Positions 40,079 to 50,358 are shown, counted from the first letter of the stretch. The stretch is DNA of 58,441 nucleotides from a virus (IMGVR_UViG_3300017917_002605:110471-168911); one strand, 5' to 3'. Numbers and translations: made by a program. The notes: generated by a model from the letters alone, not told the origin.

Positions 40079-41698
40079 ATGTCAAACACAGTTATTCAAA
40101 TTAAGTATTCTAATGCGACTAGCACACCGCCGTCCCTTAACGTTGGTGAATTAGCGTATTCTTTTACTTCCGATAAATTATTTGTTGGTAATACTACCAA
40201 CGCCGTACTTGCAATAGGTGGCAAATACTATGTTGACCTTATTGACGGTGCAACATCAGCAAACACACCATCTACAATTGTAAAACGTGATGCACTTGGT
40301 GGTTTTACTGCCACACACGTTTATGCATCTTTGTATGGTAATGCAAATACCGCAACAACTTTACAAACTGCCAGAACTATTAGTTTCTCTGGTGATGTTG
40401 ATGCAGTATCAAATACGTTTAACGGTTCAGGTGATATCAGTTTCAACCTTGAGTTGACCAACACTGGTGTTGTTGCAGGCACATATGGTGGTGCAACTTC
40501 TGTACCTTATTTCGTTGTTGATGCTGATGGTCGTATTACTTCTGCTGGTAACAATAATATCTCTACCGCACTATCTATTGCAGGCGATACTGGTACAGAT
40601 TCAGTTTCTCTATTAACCGACACCTTAACTTTTGAAGGTGGCGATGGTATTACTTCCGCAGTCACCAACAACAAAGCATCTTTTGCTGTTGATAACACAG
40701 TCATCAGAACTACTGGTGGTCAAACTATTTCTGGTGATATTGCAATTACTGGTAACTTGGTTGTTTCCGGTAACACAATCACTCAAGACGTAGAAAACAT
40801 CCGTACAGAAGATGCATTGATTGAGCTTGCTGCTAACAATGCTTCCAACTCAATCGATATCGGTTTCTTTGGTACATACGTAAATGGTGGTACAAAATAT
40901 ACCACATTCATGCGTGACTCCACCGATGGTAACTTTAAGATTCTTGTCGATGGTACTGAGAAACCAAACACAGCAAACTCAGTAAACGTTGCATCGTTCA
41001 CAAGAGGCACTTTAGATGCCAACTTGACCGGTGGTACAATTTCTGGTCTTTCAACAGACCTTGCAGTTGCTGACGGTGGTACAGGTAAATCTTCATTCAC
41101 CGGTGGTGCAATTATTATCGGTAATGGTTCTGGTGCTCTTGCTGAATTGGCAAACACAGGTACCGCAGGAACATACGGTTCTGCATCCTACATTCCAGTA
41201 ATCACTACTGATGCTTATGGACGTGTTTCTGGTATAAGCAATACCCAAGTTTCTATTGATGCAGCTCGTGTAACATCAGGTACTTTACCTATCGCCCGTG
41301 GCGGTACAAATCAAACATCGTTCACTGCTGGTCAAGCAATTGTATTTAATGGTACAAGTCTTGCTTCACGTGCCAACTTAACACAGACAATTACTGGTGG
41401 TTTGGCAACATCCAACACCATCACCTCATTGACTTTTGACCCAATCACTGGTGGTATTACTGCTTATACCGCAGAAAAGATTGCAATCGATACTTCACAA
41501 ATTGCTTCTGGTACTCTACCAGTAACAAGAGGTGGTACCGGTGCAAGTACATTTGCTATCAAAGGTGTTATTGTCTCTGACCAGTCTTCAACAACTGGTG
41601 CTTTGAGTGCATTGACTTCTTCCACCGAAGGTCACCTATTGACAATTAACTCCTCAGGTGCACCTGTATTTGCTCACCTGTCTGGAGGAACATTCTAA
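40079..41698 (+). CDS. Tail fibre-like protein with Mtd-N-like N-terminus, ending GGTF
   Basis: IQIKYS....P.SL.VGELAYS....KLFVG; repeated GTYG....P..TVD..GRIT and GTLP..RGGTG shaft motifs. Confidence 0.7.
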   Translation: MSNTVIQIKYSNATSTPPSLNVGELAYSFTSDKLFVGNTTNAVLAIGGKYYVDLIDGATSANTPSTIVKRDALGGFTATHVYASLYGNANTATTLQTARTISFSGDVDAVSNTFNGSGDISFNLELTNTGVVAGTYGGATSVPYFVVDADGRITSAGNNNISTALSIAGDTGTDSVSLLTDTLTFEGGDGITSAVTNNKASFAVDNTVIRTTGGQTISGDIAITGNLVVSGNTITQDVENIRTEDALIELAANNASNSIDIGFFGTYVNGGTKYTTFMRDSTDGNFKILVDGTEKPNTANSVNVASFTRGTLDANLTGGTISGLSTDLAVADGGTGKSSFTGGAIIIGNGSGALAELANTGTAGTYGSASYIPVITTDAYGRVSGISNTQVSIDAARVTSGTLPIARGGTNQTSFTAGQAIVFNGTSLASRANLTQTITGGLATSNTITSLTFDPITGGITAYTAEKIAIDTSQIASGTLPVTRGGTGASTFAIKGVIVSDQSSTTGALSALTSSTEGHLLTINSSGAPVFAHLSGGTF

Positions 41699-41720
41699 AT
41701 TATTATGAAAGGGGTTTATT

Positions 41721-42311
41721 ATGGATGTGAATTTTGTAAATGCATACACTGAGGTACTAACAGAAAACTTTGATGCGGTCATCAAGCAAAATATGTTGCT
41801 TCAGGCCAAATTAAAAGTCAATGAGAAAGAATCGAAAGTAAAGGACGAACTACAGGCAAGATTACAAGAAGTTCTAAATGAAAAAAAAGAACTTGAAAAT
41901 AAAATTGAAATCTTAAATGCAACTGTAGTTCGTACTGAAAATATTCGATATAAGGCAAACGAAACAGACTCTCTATCTGCTGAAAAAACTAGAATACAAC
42001 AAGCTCTCAATGAAACCATGAGAGAAGTTGAAAATCTAAAAAAAGAAATTGAAACCAAATCAAAACAAAATAAAGAAGTTTTGAAAGAAAAAGATGGTGA
42101 AATTTCTAGATTGAATGATTATATTAAAACCCTTGAGGAAATGTTACCAACTTCTAAGTTGCGTAAAGTAAATCCTGAAGCGGCAGCAGCAAGAAAGCCT
42201 GAGCCTATTACTGTTAGTGTAACTGACGAAGTTGTTGAAAATGTCGTTATAGAACAAACCCCTGATGAAACCATAAATAAAGTACAGGTTCAATCTGGTG
42301 GCACGTTCTAA
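41721..42311 (+). CDS. Coiled-coil protein ending GGTF
   Basis: FVNAY..VL start, long E/K heptad region. Confidence 0.65.
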   Translation: MDVNFVNAYTEVLTENFDAVIKQNMLLQAKLKVNEKESKVKDELQARLQEVLNEKKELENKIEILNATVVRTENIRYKANETDSLSAEKTRIQQALNETMREVENLKKEIETKSKQNKEVLKEKDGEISRLNDYIKTLEEMLPTSKLRKVNPEAAAARKPEPITVSVTDEVVENVVIEQTPDETINKVQVQSGGTF

Positions 42312-42314
42312 TAA

Positions 42315-43013
42315 ATGGCAAATACAACAATACAGTTAAAATATTCGGTAGCAAGTGGCAATACACCAGTAGCATTAGCTAATGGTGAAATTGCCATTAA
42401 TGGTGCCGATGGTAAACTGTACTATCGCACACCTTCAGGAACGATTCAATCAATCGTTACCTATCCTGGACCGGCTGGATTAAACAAAGAAGTTCAATTC
42501 AACGATGCTGGTACAGCGGGTGCCAATGCACAATTTACATTTGATAAATCTACTGGTACTTTAACAACCAAGATTTTATCAATAACTGTTGCAAACGGCA
42601 CTTCGCCAATATCTGTAACTTCAAATACTTTAGTAACAAATTTAAATGCTGACTTGTTAGATGGTCAGCATTTAACATACTTTGGTACTGCGGCTAACAC
42701 TCAAGCCGCATTTGATAAAGCAAATAGTGCTGGTACAGCAGCAAATACAGACTATACTTTTATAAACACTACTCCAGGAACATACGGTAGTGCAAACGTT
42801 ATTCCTGTTGTTACACTGACTGCAAATGGTCGTGTATCATCAATAACAAATACCAATATTCAAACGGCTAGCACAACACAAGCTGGTGTGGTTCAATTAA
42901 ATGATACTTACACATCAACTTCAACAACTCAAGCCGCAACTGCAAATTCAGTTAAAAACGCATATCAAGCCGCTGTAGATGCAGCTACCGCAATGGCTAT
43001 TGCTCTAGGATAA
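42315..43013 (+). CDS. Short fibre (Mtd-N-like N-terminus, NADLLDG, C-terminal AMAIALG); occupies the whisker/wac position before gp13
   Basis: IQLKYS..SGNTP..L.NGEIAIN..DGKLYY; NLNADLLDGQH. Confidence 0.65.
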   Translation: MANTTIQLKYSVASGNTPVALANGEIAINGADGKLYYRTPSGTIQSIVTYPGPAGLNKEVQFNDAGTAGANAQFTFDKSTGTLTTKILSITVANGTSPISVTSNTLVTNLNADLLDGQHLTYFGTAANTQAAFDKANSAGTAANTDYTFINTTPGTYGSANVIPVVTLTANGRVSSITNTNIQTASTTQAGVVQLNDTYTSTSTTQAATANSVKNAYQAAVDAATAMAIALG

Positions 43014-43016
43014 ATA
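43009..43016 (+). promoter_or_regulatory. Late promoter (GATAAATA)
   Basis: Upstream of gp13. Confidence 0.6.
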
Positions 43017-43023
43017 TTCAACT

Positions 43024-43980
43024 ATGGCTATACCTACCACAAGAGCACAATTTAAAGACTACTGCCTACGAAAGTTAGGTCATCCTGTATTGGAAATTAA
43101 CGTGGATGATGACCAAGTTGAAGACCGTATTGATGAGGCACTAGCATTCTTCCACGATTACCATTGGGATGGTGTGGAAAAGATTTTTATGAAACACCAA
43201 ATCACACAGACGGATATTGACCGTGGTTGGATTTGGGTTCCAGACCCAGTGATGTTTGTCACTGGTGTTTTCCCATTTGACGAATCGAACTCCTCTATTA
43301 ACATGTTCGATTTACGATATCAGTTAAGACTGCATGATTTGTATGACTTTACTTCTGTATCTTATGTGTCATATGAAATCACTATGCAACACTTAACAAC
43401 ATTGAATTTGTTGTTCTCAGGTAAACCACAATTCAGATTCAACAAGCACAATAATAAGTTGATGCTTGACATTGACTGGACACGTGACCTTCGTCCTGGC
43501 CAGTATGTTGTGGTTGAATGTTATCGTAAGATGGCACCAGATACCAAGGCACTATCTGGCACTTTTAATCTAGTCTCAGGTAACACAACTGTTCTTGGTA
43601 CAAACACAAGAATGGACCAAGAATTTGTTGAAGGTGATTATATTGTAATGAGTACAGGTGAATCATTGCGTGTCAATAAGATTAAATCACCAACAGAAAT
43701 GACCGTGACTTATGCACCAAACACATCAGACGCTGCTGCAACCGGTGAAATCGCTGGTTCAACGGACGTTTGGAATGACCGTTTTCTAAAAGCATTTGCC
43801 ACTGCTAAAATCAAACAACAGTGGGGCACCAACATGAAAAAGTTTGGTGGCATTCAATTGCCTGGTGGCGTCACACTAAACGGCAAAGAAATTTACGATG
43901 AAGCGGTTGAAGAAATTGAGAAGTTGGAAGAAATGATGTTCAACTACAACTCTCTGCCATCCGAAATTTTTGTTGGATAA
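43024..43980 (+). CDS. gp13: Neck protein gp13
   Basis: YCLRKLGHPVLEINVDDDQVEDRIDEAL; KQQWGTNMKKFGGIQLPGGVTLNG. Confidence 0.93.
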   Translation: MAIPTTRAQFKDYCLRKLGHPVLEINVDDDQVEDRIDEALAFFHDYHWDGVEKIFMKHQITQTDIDRGWIWVPDPVMFVTGVFPFDESNSSINMFDLRYQLRLHDLYDFTSVSYVSYEITMQHLTTLNLLFSGKPQFRFNKHNNKLMLDIDWTRDLRPGQYVVVECYRKMAPDTKALSGTFNLVSGNTTVLGTNTRMDQEFVEGDYIVMSTGESLRVNKIKSPTEMTVTYAPNTSDAAATGEIAGSTDVWNDRFLKAFATAKIKQQWGTNMKKFGGIQLPGGVTLNGKEIYDEAVEEIEKLEEMMFNYNSLPSEIFVG

Positions 43981-43983
43981 TAG

Positions 43984-44916
43984 ATGCCTACAAATTTTTA
44001 TTTCAATAACTTTCCATTAGGTCAAGTTACACAAGAACAATTACTTGTTGAAGACCTTGTTATTGAAGCCATGCAAATTCATGGTATGGATGTGTATTAT
44101 CTTCCTCGAGCAACACGTGATGAAGTTGATATGCTTTATGGTGAAGATACCTTAAAGGTTTACAATAAAGCATATCATATTGAAATGTACTTGGAAAACG
44201 TGACAGGTATGGACGGTGAACAAGACTTCATTTCTAAATTTGGTTTAGAAATTCGTGATGAAGTCACTATGTTAATGTCTCGCCGCAGATTTAAATATGT
44301 GACAAAAGGAACAAATATTATTAGACCAAACGAAGGTGATTTGGTTTATATCCCTTTGTTACAAAACTTTTTTGAGATTACATTTGTAGAACATGAAAAC
44401 AATCAAGCGATGTTCTATACACTTGGACGTGGCCGTGGCGGAAACGTTTATGTGTATGCAATGCGTATGAAACAGTTTGTTTTCTCTGAAGAAATTATTC
44501 AAACTGGTATTAGTGAAATTGATGACCAAATTCGTGACTCTTACCAGAGAACTCGTATTGTGTTGACTGATGCTGGTGCTCAAGGTATATACGAACAAGA
44601 TGAAATAGTTTTCCAATCCACAGACGGAACTTTGGCAAACGCTTCTGCTTCCGCAGTTGTCTATTCTGTAACTCCTACTGGTGTTATGGATGTTATTCGT
44701 TTAAGTGGAGAATGGAAAACTGGAAATATCGCAATCGGCAATACAACCAATGCACGTTGGGCAGTTGTTTCTATACCTGATGGTATTAACAATGAATCTC
44801 CAACCAGCCCATTTGATAACAATGTATTTGAAGATATTGTCGATAACACAAGAATTGAAACAGAATCAGATGCAATTTTGGATTGGTCTGAACGCAACCC
44901 ATTTGGTGAAGCATAA
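43984..44916 (+). CDS. gp14: Neck protein gp14
   Basis: EQLLVEDLVIEAMQIHGMDVYYLPR, FISKFGLEIRDE, RPNEGDLVY, DWSERNPFGE. Confidence 0.93.
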   Translation: MPTNFYFNNFPLGQVTQEQLLVEDLVIEAMQIHGMDVYYLPRATRDEVDMLYGEDTLKVYNKAYHIEMYLENVTGMDGEQDFISKFGLEIRDEVTMLMSRRRFKYVTKGTNIIRPNEGDLVYIPLLQNFFEITFVEHENNQAMFYTLGRGRGGNVYVYAMRMKQFVFSEEIIQTGISEIDDQIRDSYQRTRIVLTDAGAQGIYEQDEIVFQSTDGTLANASASAVVYSVTPTGVMDVIRLSGEWKTGNIAIGNTTNARWAVVSIPDGINNESPTSPFDNNVFEDIVDNTRIETESDAILDWSERNPFGEA

Positions 44917-45917
44917 TGTTAGGTAATAAACATTTTTACAATAGAACAATCAGAAAGATTGTGGTTGCTTTTGGTACTTTGTTCAATGACTTGTACTTGG
45001 TTCGTTACACAAAATCTGGTGACGAAAGAGAAAAAATTAAGGTACCATTAAATTATGGACCAAAAGAAAAGTATATCACCAGAATTACATCTGACCCAAC
45101 ATTAACAAAATCTGTTGCGGTCACTGTACCAAGGATGTCTTTTGAGTTGACCAGCATTTCATATGATGCTTCACGTAAACAACAAAGTACACTACAAAAC
45201 TTTGCCGCAGGTACTGGTGGTGCAATTAATAAACAATACGCCCCTATACCGTACAATTACGAATTTACATTATCAATCTATGTGAGAAACACAGAAGACG
45301 GTACACAAATACTGGAACAGATTCTTCCTTTCTTTACTCCAGATTTCACCGTGTCTGTAAACTTCATTCGTGAAATGGGTAAACCTTATGATTTACCTAT
45401 CATGTTGAATGACGTTTCAACAGAGATTGATTATGAAGGCGATATGTTAAATACCCGCCTTATCATTTGGACTTTAACTTTTACTGCCAAGTCGTTTATT
45501 TTCCCTGCTGTCAGAACTGCCAACACAGGTATTATCGAGACTGCCAATACAAATATGCATATCGACCTTTCTACACCTACAGTGCAGAAAGTTGGTTTGA
45601 ATACAGCAAATGGTTCTGGTTATCTAATGCCTGGTGAAGTGTTGCGTGTGGCTGACAAAGGTATTGTTGGCACGGTTGACTATTTCAGCAGACAATCACC
45701 AACATCAACATTGGTGGCAACAGACTTAAATAGATTGTTATCTATTGGTGATGTGGTTCGTGGAGACAACAGTAGAGCTTATTATCCTGTGTCTTCATTA
45801 GACCAAAATGCCATGAAAGTTGTGATTGTCAAGGTTGAGCCAGACCCAAACACAGCAGGACCTGATGATGAATTTGGTTTTGCGGAAACAATTACAGAAT
45901 TTCCCGATACATTATGA
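44916..45917 (+). CDS. gp15: Tail sheath stabilizer/completion protein gp15
   Basis: HFYNRTIRKIVVAFGTLFND, KVPLNYGPKEK, QILEQILPFFTPDF. Confidence 0.93.
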   Translation: MLGNKHFYNRTIRKIVVAFGTLFNDLYLVRYTKSGDEREKIKVPLNYGPKEKYITRITSDPTLTKSVAVTVPRMSFELTSISYDASRKQQSTLQNFAAGTGGAINKQYAPIPYNYEFTLSIYVRNTEDGTQILEQILPFFTPDFTVSVNFIREMGKPYDLPIMLNDVSTEIDYEGDMLNTRLIIWTLTFTAKSFIFPAVRTANTGIIETANTNMHIDLSTPTVQKVGLNTANGSGYLMPGEVLRVADKGIVGTVDYFSRQSPTSTLVATDLNRLLSIGDVVRGDNSRAYYPVSSLDQNAMKVVIVKVEPDPNTAGPDDEFGFAETITEFPDTL

Positions 45918-46324
45918 AAAAGATGGAAGAAAAATTAGCAGATATTTTTGACGTTGAACCTATTGTACAAAAACCAGAGGTTCAAACTGAAGTTCTGCCA
46001 GCAGTTATTGAAGAAACTGTAAATAACGATACCGAAACAGATTTTGAGTTTGCTCGTAATAATATGAAAGAACTCATTAGAAAAGGTAATCAAGCAGTAG
46101 ATAACATTCTTGAAGTGGCAAAAGCCACCGACCACCCAAGAGCTTTTGAAGTTGTTGCCACACTGATTAATTCTGTTGCTTCAATGAATAAAGATTTGAT
46201 GGATATTCGAAAGAAAAAACAAGACCTTACTGGTGAAAAGAAAACTCAACAGATTAACGTAGATAAGGCGGTGTTTGTTGGTTCCACTACAGACCTAATT
46301 CGACAAATCAAGGAAAATAAATAA
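45914..46324 (+). CDS. gp16: Terminase small subunit gp16
   Basis: DFEFARNN, HPRAFEVVATL, VFVGSTTDL. Confidence 0.9.
   Translation: MKKMEEKLADIFDVEPIVQKPEVQTEVLPAVIEETVNNDTETDFEFARNNMKELIRKGNQAVDNILEVAKATDHPRAFEVVATLINSVASMNKDLMDIRKKKQDLTGEKKTQQINVDKAVFVGSTTDLIRQIKENK
46316..46323 (+). promoter_or_regulatory. Late promoter (AATAAATA) upstream of dps
   Basis: Overlaps the gp16 stop. Confidence 0.55.
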
Positions 46325-46328
46325 AATT

Positions 46329-46763
46329 ATGGAAACCTTAATCCAACAACTTAAAGTAATTCTTGGTACAAATTTTCATTTCTACCAAAAAACACAGTGC
46401 TTTCATTGGAATATAGAAGGCGCAGACTTTGTACAATATCACGAATATCTTGGTGATTTGTATGGTGCCGTTTATGCAAACCACGACACTATTGCCGAAA
46501 AGATTAGAATGTTAAAAGCTTACGCTCCAACAGGCATGAATCGTTTAATAGAACTTTCTGATATTGAGGACGTAGATAACATTCCTGATGCTCGCACTAT
46601 GTTCTCTATTTTAGAACGTGATAATGACCGTCTAATTTTCCACATTCGTGCAGGTATTGTTGCGGCCGATAATGCTAATGAACCTGCAATTTCAAACTAC
46701 TTACAAGATTTGTTAGACCAACATGCAAAACACGGTTGGTTCCTAAGAAGCATCAACAAGTAA
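46329..46763 (+). CDS. dps: Dps-family ferritin-like DNA protection protein
   Basis: HWNIEG..F...H...LY......DTIAEKIR ferroxidase signature; C-terminal H.KH.WFL. Confidence 0.88.
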   Translation: METLIQQLKVILGTNFHFYQKTQCFHWNIEGADFVQYHEYLGDLYGAVYANHDTIAEKIRMLKAYAPTGMNRLIELSDIEDVDNIPDARTMFSILERDNDRLIFHIRAGIVAADNANEPAISNYLQDLLDQHAKHGWFLRSINK

Positions 46764-46769
46764 TTATTA

Positions 46770-48404
46770 ATGAGTAGTGATGGATATCTTGGTAATTCTA
46801 GTTTAAAAAGGGTAGGAGAGGTAATCTCCTACACCGAAGAACAGGCAATTGAACTTGCAAAATGTATTGATGACCCTGTTTACTTTATCAAGAATTACGT
46901 AAAGATTGTTAACGTGGATAGGGGTCTTGTCCCCTTTGAGATGTGGCCATTCCAAGAGGATATGGTTAACACGTTTCATCAAAATCGTTTCTCAATCGCA
47001 AAGATGCCCCGACAGGTTGGTAAAACTACCACTGCTGCGGGTTATATGCTTTGGTGCGCTCTGTTCCAAGAGAACTACAACATTGCCATTTTGGCCAACA
47101 AAGGTTCTTTGGCACGTGAAATTCTTGGACGTATTCAGTATGCATATGAATACCTGCCAAAGTGGTTGCAACAAGGCATCGTTACCTGGAACAAAGGTAA
47201 CATTGAACTAGAAAACGGTTCAAAGATTAATGCATACGCAACATCTGCCGCTGGTGTTCGTGGTGGTTCTTACAACCTAATTTTCCTTGACGAATTCGCA
47301 TTCGTGCCTAAGAACATGGCCGATGAATTCTTCACATCTACTTACCCTGTTATCTCCTCAGGTAAGACAACCAAAGTTATTATTGTTTCAACTCCTTTTG
47401 GTCTAAACCACTTCTATAAGATGTGGGTTGATGCAACCGAAGGCCGTTCACTGTACAAACCCTGTGAAGTTCACTGGTCAATGGTACCAGGTCGTGATGA
47501 AAAGTGGAAAGAAGAAACGATTCGTAACACCAGTGAAGAACAGTTTAGACAAGAATTTGAAACTGAATTCATTGGTTCTTCTGCAACTCTCATTTCTGGT
47601 TCTAAACTAAGAAGTCTTGCTTTTAGAAACCCATTGTCCTCAAATGAAGGTTTTGATATATATGAGGAACCACAAAAAGGACACTTCTACGTACTAAACG
47701 TTGACTGTGCCGAAGGTGTGTTAAAAGATTACTCAGCAATCTCGGTAGTTGATGTTACTGAGATTCCGTATAAACTGGTTGCAAAATTCAGAAAAAACGA
47801 CCTGCCTCTATTACTATTTCCTAACTTTATCTTCCAGATAGGTATGAAATACAACGAGGCATTTGTATTGGTTGAAACCAATAACATAGGACAACAGGTA
47901 GCAGACATTCTACACTATGACCTAGAATATGAAAACATCTTTAAATTGGAACATCATTCAATTAAAGGTCAACATATTTCATCAGGTTTCAAACGTTCAA
48001 TTTCCTTAGGTTTAAAAACTACGATATCAGTAAAGAAAATAGGTTGTGCCAACCTTAAAACTTTGATTGAAAATGATAAGTTACTGATACCGGATTTCGA
48101 TACTATTGCCGAACTGAATACTTTTGTGAGGGTTAAAAACTCTTATGAAGCCGAAGAAGGTAATAATGATGACTTGGTGATGACCCTTGTTATGTTTGCA
48201 TGGTTGACGGCACAGACGTTCTTTAAAGAGAACTCAAATACCGATATTAGAGAGAGATTGGTTCAGGAACAAAAAGATTTGTTTGATGAAAACCTGCTTC
48301 CTTTCGGTTTATATGATGATGGAACGAAAGAAGAAGTAACTGTGGAAGATGGAGATGCATGGTCTTCTTCCAATTTTAATGGTTATTTCCCATCAACTTT
48401 CTAA
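46770..48404 (+). CDS. gp17: Terminase large subunit gp17
   Basis: Walker A MPRQVGKT, Walker B LIFLDEFAF, STPFGLNHFY, nuclease DCAEG...DYS and DDLVM. Confidence 0.97.
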   Translation: MSSDGYLGNSSLKRVGEVISYTEEQAIELAKCIDDPVYFIKNYVKIVNVDRGLVPFEMWPFQEDMVNTFHQNRFSIAKMPRQVGKTTTAAGYMLWCALFQENYNIAILANKGSLAREILGRIQYAYEYLPKWLQQGIVTWNKGNIELENGSKINAYATSAAGVRGGSYNLIFLDEFAFVPKNMADEFFTSTYPVISSGKTTKVIIVSTPFGLNHFYKMWVDATEGRSLYKPCEVHWSMVPGRDEKWKEETIRNTSEEQFRQEFETEFIGSSATLISGSKLRSLAFRNPLSSNEGFDIYEEPQKGHFYVLNVDCAEGVLKDYSAISVVDVTEIPYKLVAKFRKNDLPLLLFPNFIFQIGMKYNEAFVLVETNNIGQQVADILHYDLEYENIFKLEHHSIKGQHISSGFKRSISLGLKTTISVKKIGCANLKTLIENDKLLIPDFDTIAELNTFVRVKNSYEAEEGNNDDLVMTLVMFAWLTAQTFFKENSNTDIRERLVQEQKDLFDENLLPFGLYDDGTKEEVTVEDGDAWSSSNFNGYFPSTF

Positions 48405-48407
48405 TTT

Positions 48408-48415
48408 ACTAAATA
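48408..48415 (+). promoter_or_regulatory. Late promoter (ACTAAATA)
   Basis: Upstream of gp18 (SD AAGGAG). Confidence 0.65.
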
Positions 48416-48456
48416 AAACATAAGATTTGACCCCTATAAACTAAAGGAGAAATCAA

Positions 48457-50358
48457 ATGGGATTTCAATTATCACCAGGTGTAGTCACATCAGAAATTGA
48501 TTTGACCACCATTATTCCTGCGGTAGCTACCTCTATTGGTGCTGTTGCTGGTAAGTTTGGTTGGGGACCTGTAAACGTTGTTACTTCTATTTCTGACGAA
48601 GTACGTTTGGTAGACCGTTTCGGTAAACCAGATGCAAGTAACTATGAATACTGGTTCTCTGCTGCAAACTTTCTAGCTTATGCAAACAATCTACGTGTAG
48701 TTCGTGCCGCAAACACAACATCCACACTAAACGCTACAGCAAATGGTAACGGCGTTCTTATTGAGAGCGAAGACGATTACGAAGCAAACCACTCCAGCGG
48801 TGTTACAACTTATGGTGTTGCTGCTGCTCGTTGGCCAGGTGCAATCGGTAACTCTTTAAAAGTTTCCATCTGCCCTAACGGTGCCGCTTTCGCATCTAAT
48901 CTAACCACACAATCTACCTCTGTTGTTGCAAACGCAGCAAACGTTGGTGCAACTACTGTTGATTTGTCTGCTGATACATCTGCATACTTGGTTGCTGGCG
49001 ATTATGTTTCTTTTGACGCTGGTACAACTTATATTAAAGTTGCCACTGTTAATACTGGTAACGTTGTTCTTTCTTCTGCTCTTACTGCTAACGTTGCAGC
49101 TAACACTTCTATCCTACGTAAGTGGGAATATGCAAACGAATTCACTGCTGCACCAAGCACTTCTGATTACGTTGCAAATCTAGGTGGCGCTGACGATGAA
49201 CTACACGTAATCGTTATTGACGAAGACGGTTTATTCACTGGTACTCCAGGTACAATCGTTGAAAAATATGAATTTGCTTCTAAGGCATCTGATGCTAAAG
49301 ACGCACAAGGCAATACCTCTTACTACAAGAACCAACTTGAACAAAAGTCCAAGTATGTTTGGTGGTTGTCTCACCCAACTGGTGCAACCAACTGGGGTAC
49401 TTCTGCTGCTGGTAAGACTTTCACCGCTGTTAACAAGGTAACTACTGTTTCTCTTGCTGGTGGTGCTGAAGGTGATATCGGTCAACAAGAATTGATTGCC
49501 GCTTACGACAAGTTTGCTAACGCTGACACAGTAGATATTTCTCTATTGATTGCTGGTCCAGCTACCGCAACTATTGTTAACTATCTAATCGATAACATTG
49601 CTCTAGTACGTAAAGATTGCGTAGTGTTCGCATCTCCTCCAAAGGCAGCTGTTGTTGATAACGTAGGCAATGAAGTTACAGATTCTGTTGCTTTCCGTGA
49701 TTCTCTAACATCTTCTTCTTACTCTGTTCTAGATAGCAACTGGAAATACCAGTATGACAAGTATGCTGACGTATATCGTTGGGTACCTTGCAACGCTGAT
49801 ATCGCTGGTCTATGCGCTCGTACAGATGCTGAACGTGACCCATGGTTCTCTCCGGGTGGTCTAAACCGTGGTATTCTAAAGAACGTTGTTCGTCTAGCTT
49901 ACAATCCAGTTAAGTCTGAACGTGATGACTTGTATGTTAAAGGTATCAACCCTGTTGTATCCTTCGCTGGTGAAGGCACAGTTCTATTTGGTGACAAGAC
50001 TATGCAGGCTAAACCTTCTGCATTCGACCGTATCAACGTTCGCCGTCTGTTCATCGTTCTAGAGAAAGCAATTGCTCGTGCTGCTCGTTACTCTCTATTC
50101 GAATTTAACGATGCATTTACCCGTGCTCAGTTTGTCTCCATTGTTGAACCGTTCCTACGTGATATTCAAGGTCGCCGTGGTATTACTGATTTCCGTGTTG
50201 TCTGTGATGAGACTAACAACACCGGTGAGGTAATAGATAGCAACCGCTTCGTGGGCGACATTTACATTAAACCTGCTCGTTCTATTAACTTCATTCAGTT
50301 GAACTTCGTTGCTGTTCGCACCGGCGTAAGTTTTGATGAAGTCGTAGGCAAGTTCTAA
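48457..50358 (+). CDS. gp18: Tail sheath protein gp18
   Basis: FQLSPGVVTSEIDLT, F.WGPV, WFSPGGLNRG, SAFDRINVRRLF, IYIKPARSINFIQLNF. Confidence 0.97.
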   Translation: MGFQLSPGVVTSEIDLTTIIPAVATSIGAVAGKFGWGPVNVVTSISDEVRLVDRFGKPDASNYEYWFSAANFLAYANNLRVVRAANTTSTLNATANGNGVLIESEDDYEANHSSGVTTYGVAAARWPGAIGNSLKVSICPNGAAFASNLTTQSTSVVANAANVGATTVDLSADTSAYLVAGDYVSFDAGTTYIKVATVNTGNVVLSSALTANVAANTSILRKWEYANEFTAAPSTSDYVANLGGADDELHVIVIDEDGLFTGTPGTIVEKYEFASKASDAKDAQGNTSYYKNQLEQKSKYVWWLSHPTGATNWGTSAAGKTFTAVNKVTTVSLAGGAEGDIGQQELIAAYDKFANADTVDISLLIAGPATATIVNYLIDNIALVRKDCVVFASPPKAAVVDNVGNEVTDSVAFRDSLTSSSYSVLDSNWKYQYDKYADVYRWVPCNADIAGLCARTDAERDPWFSPGGLNRGILKNVVRLAYNPVKSERDDLYVKGINPVVSFAGEGTVLFGDKTMQAKPSAFDRINVRRLFIVLEKAIARAARYSLFEFNDAFTRAQFVSIVEPFLRDIQGRRGITDFRVVCDETNNTGEVIDSNRFVGDIYIKPARSINFIQLNFVAVRTGVSFDEVVGKF

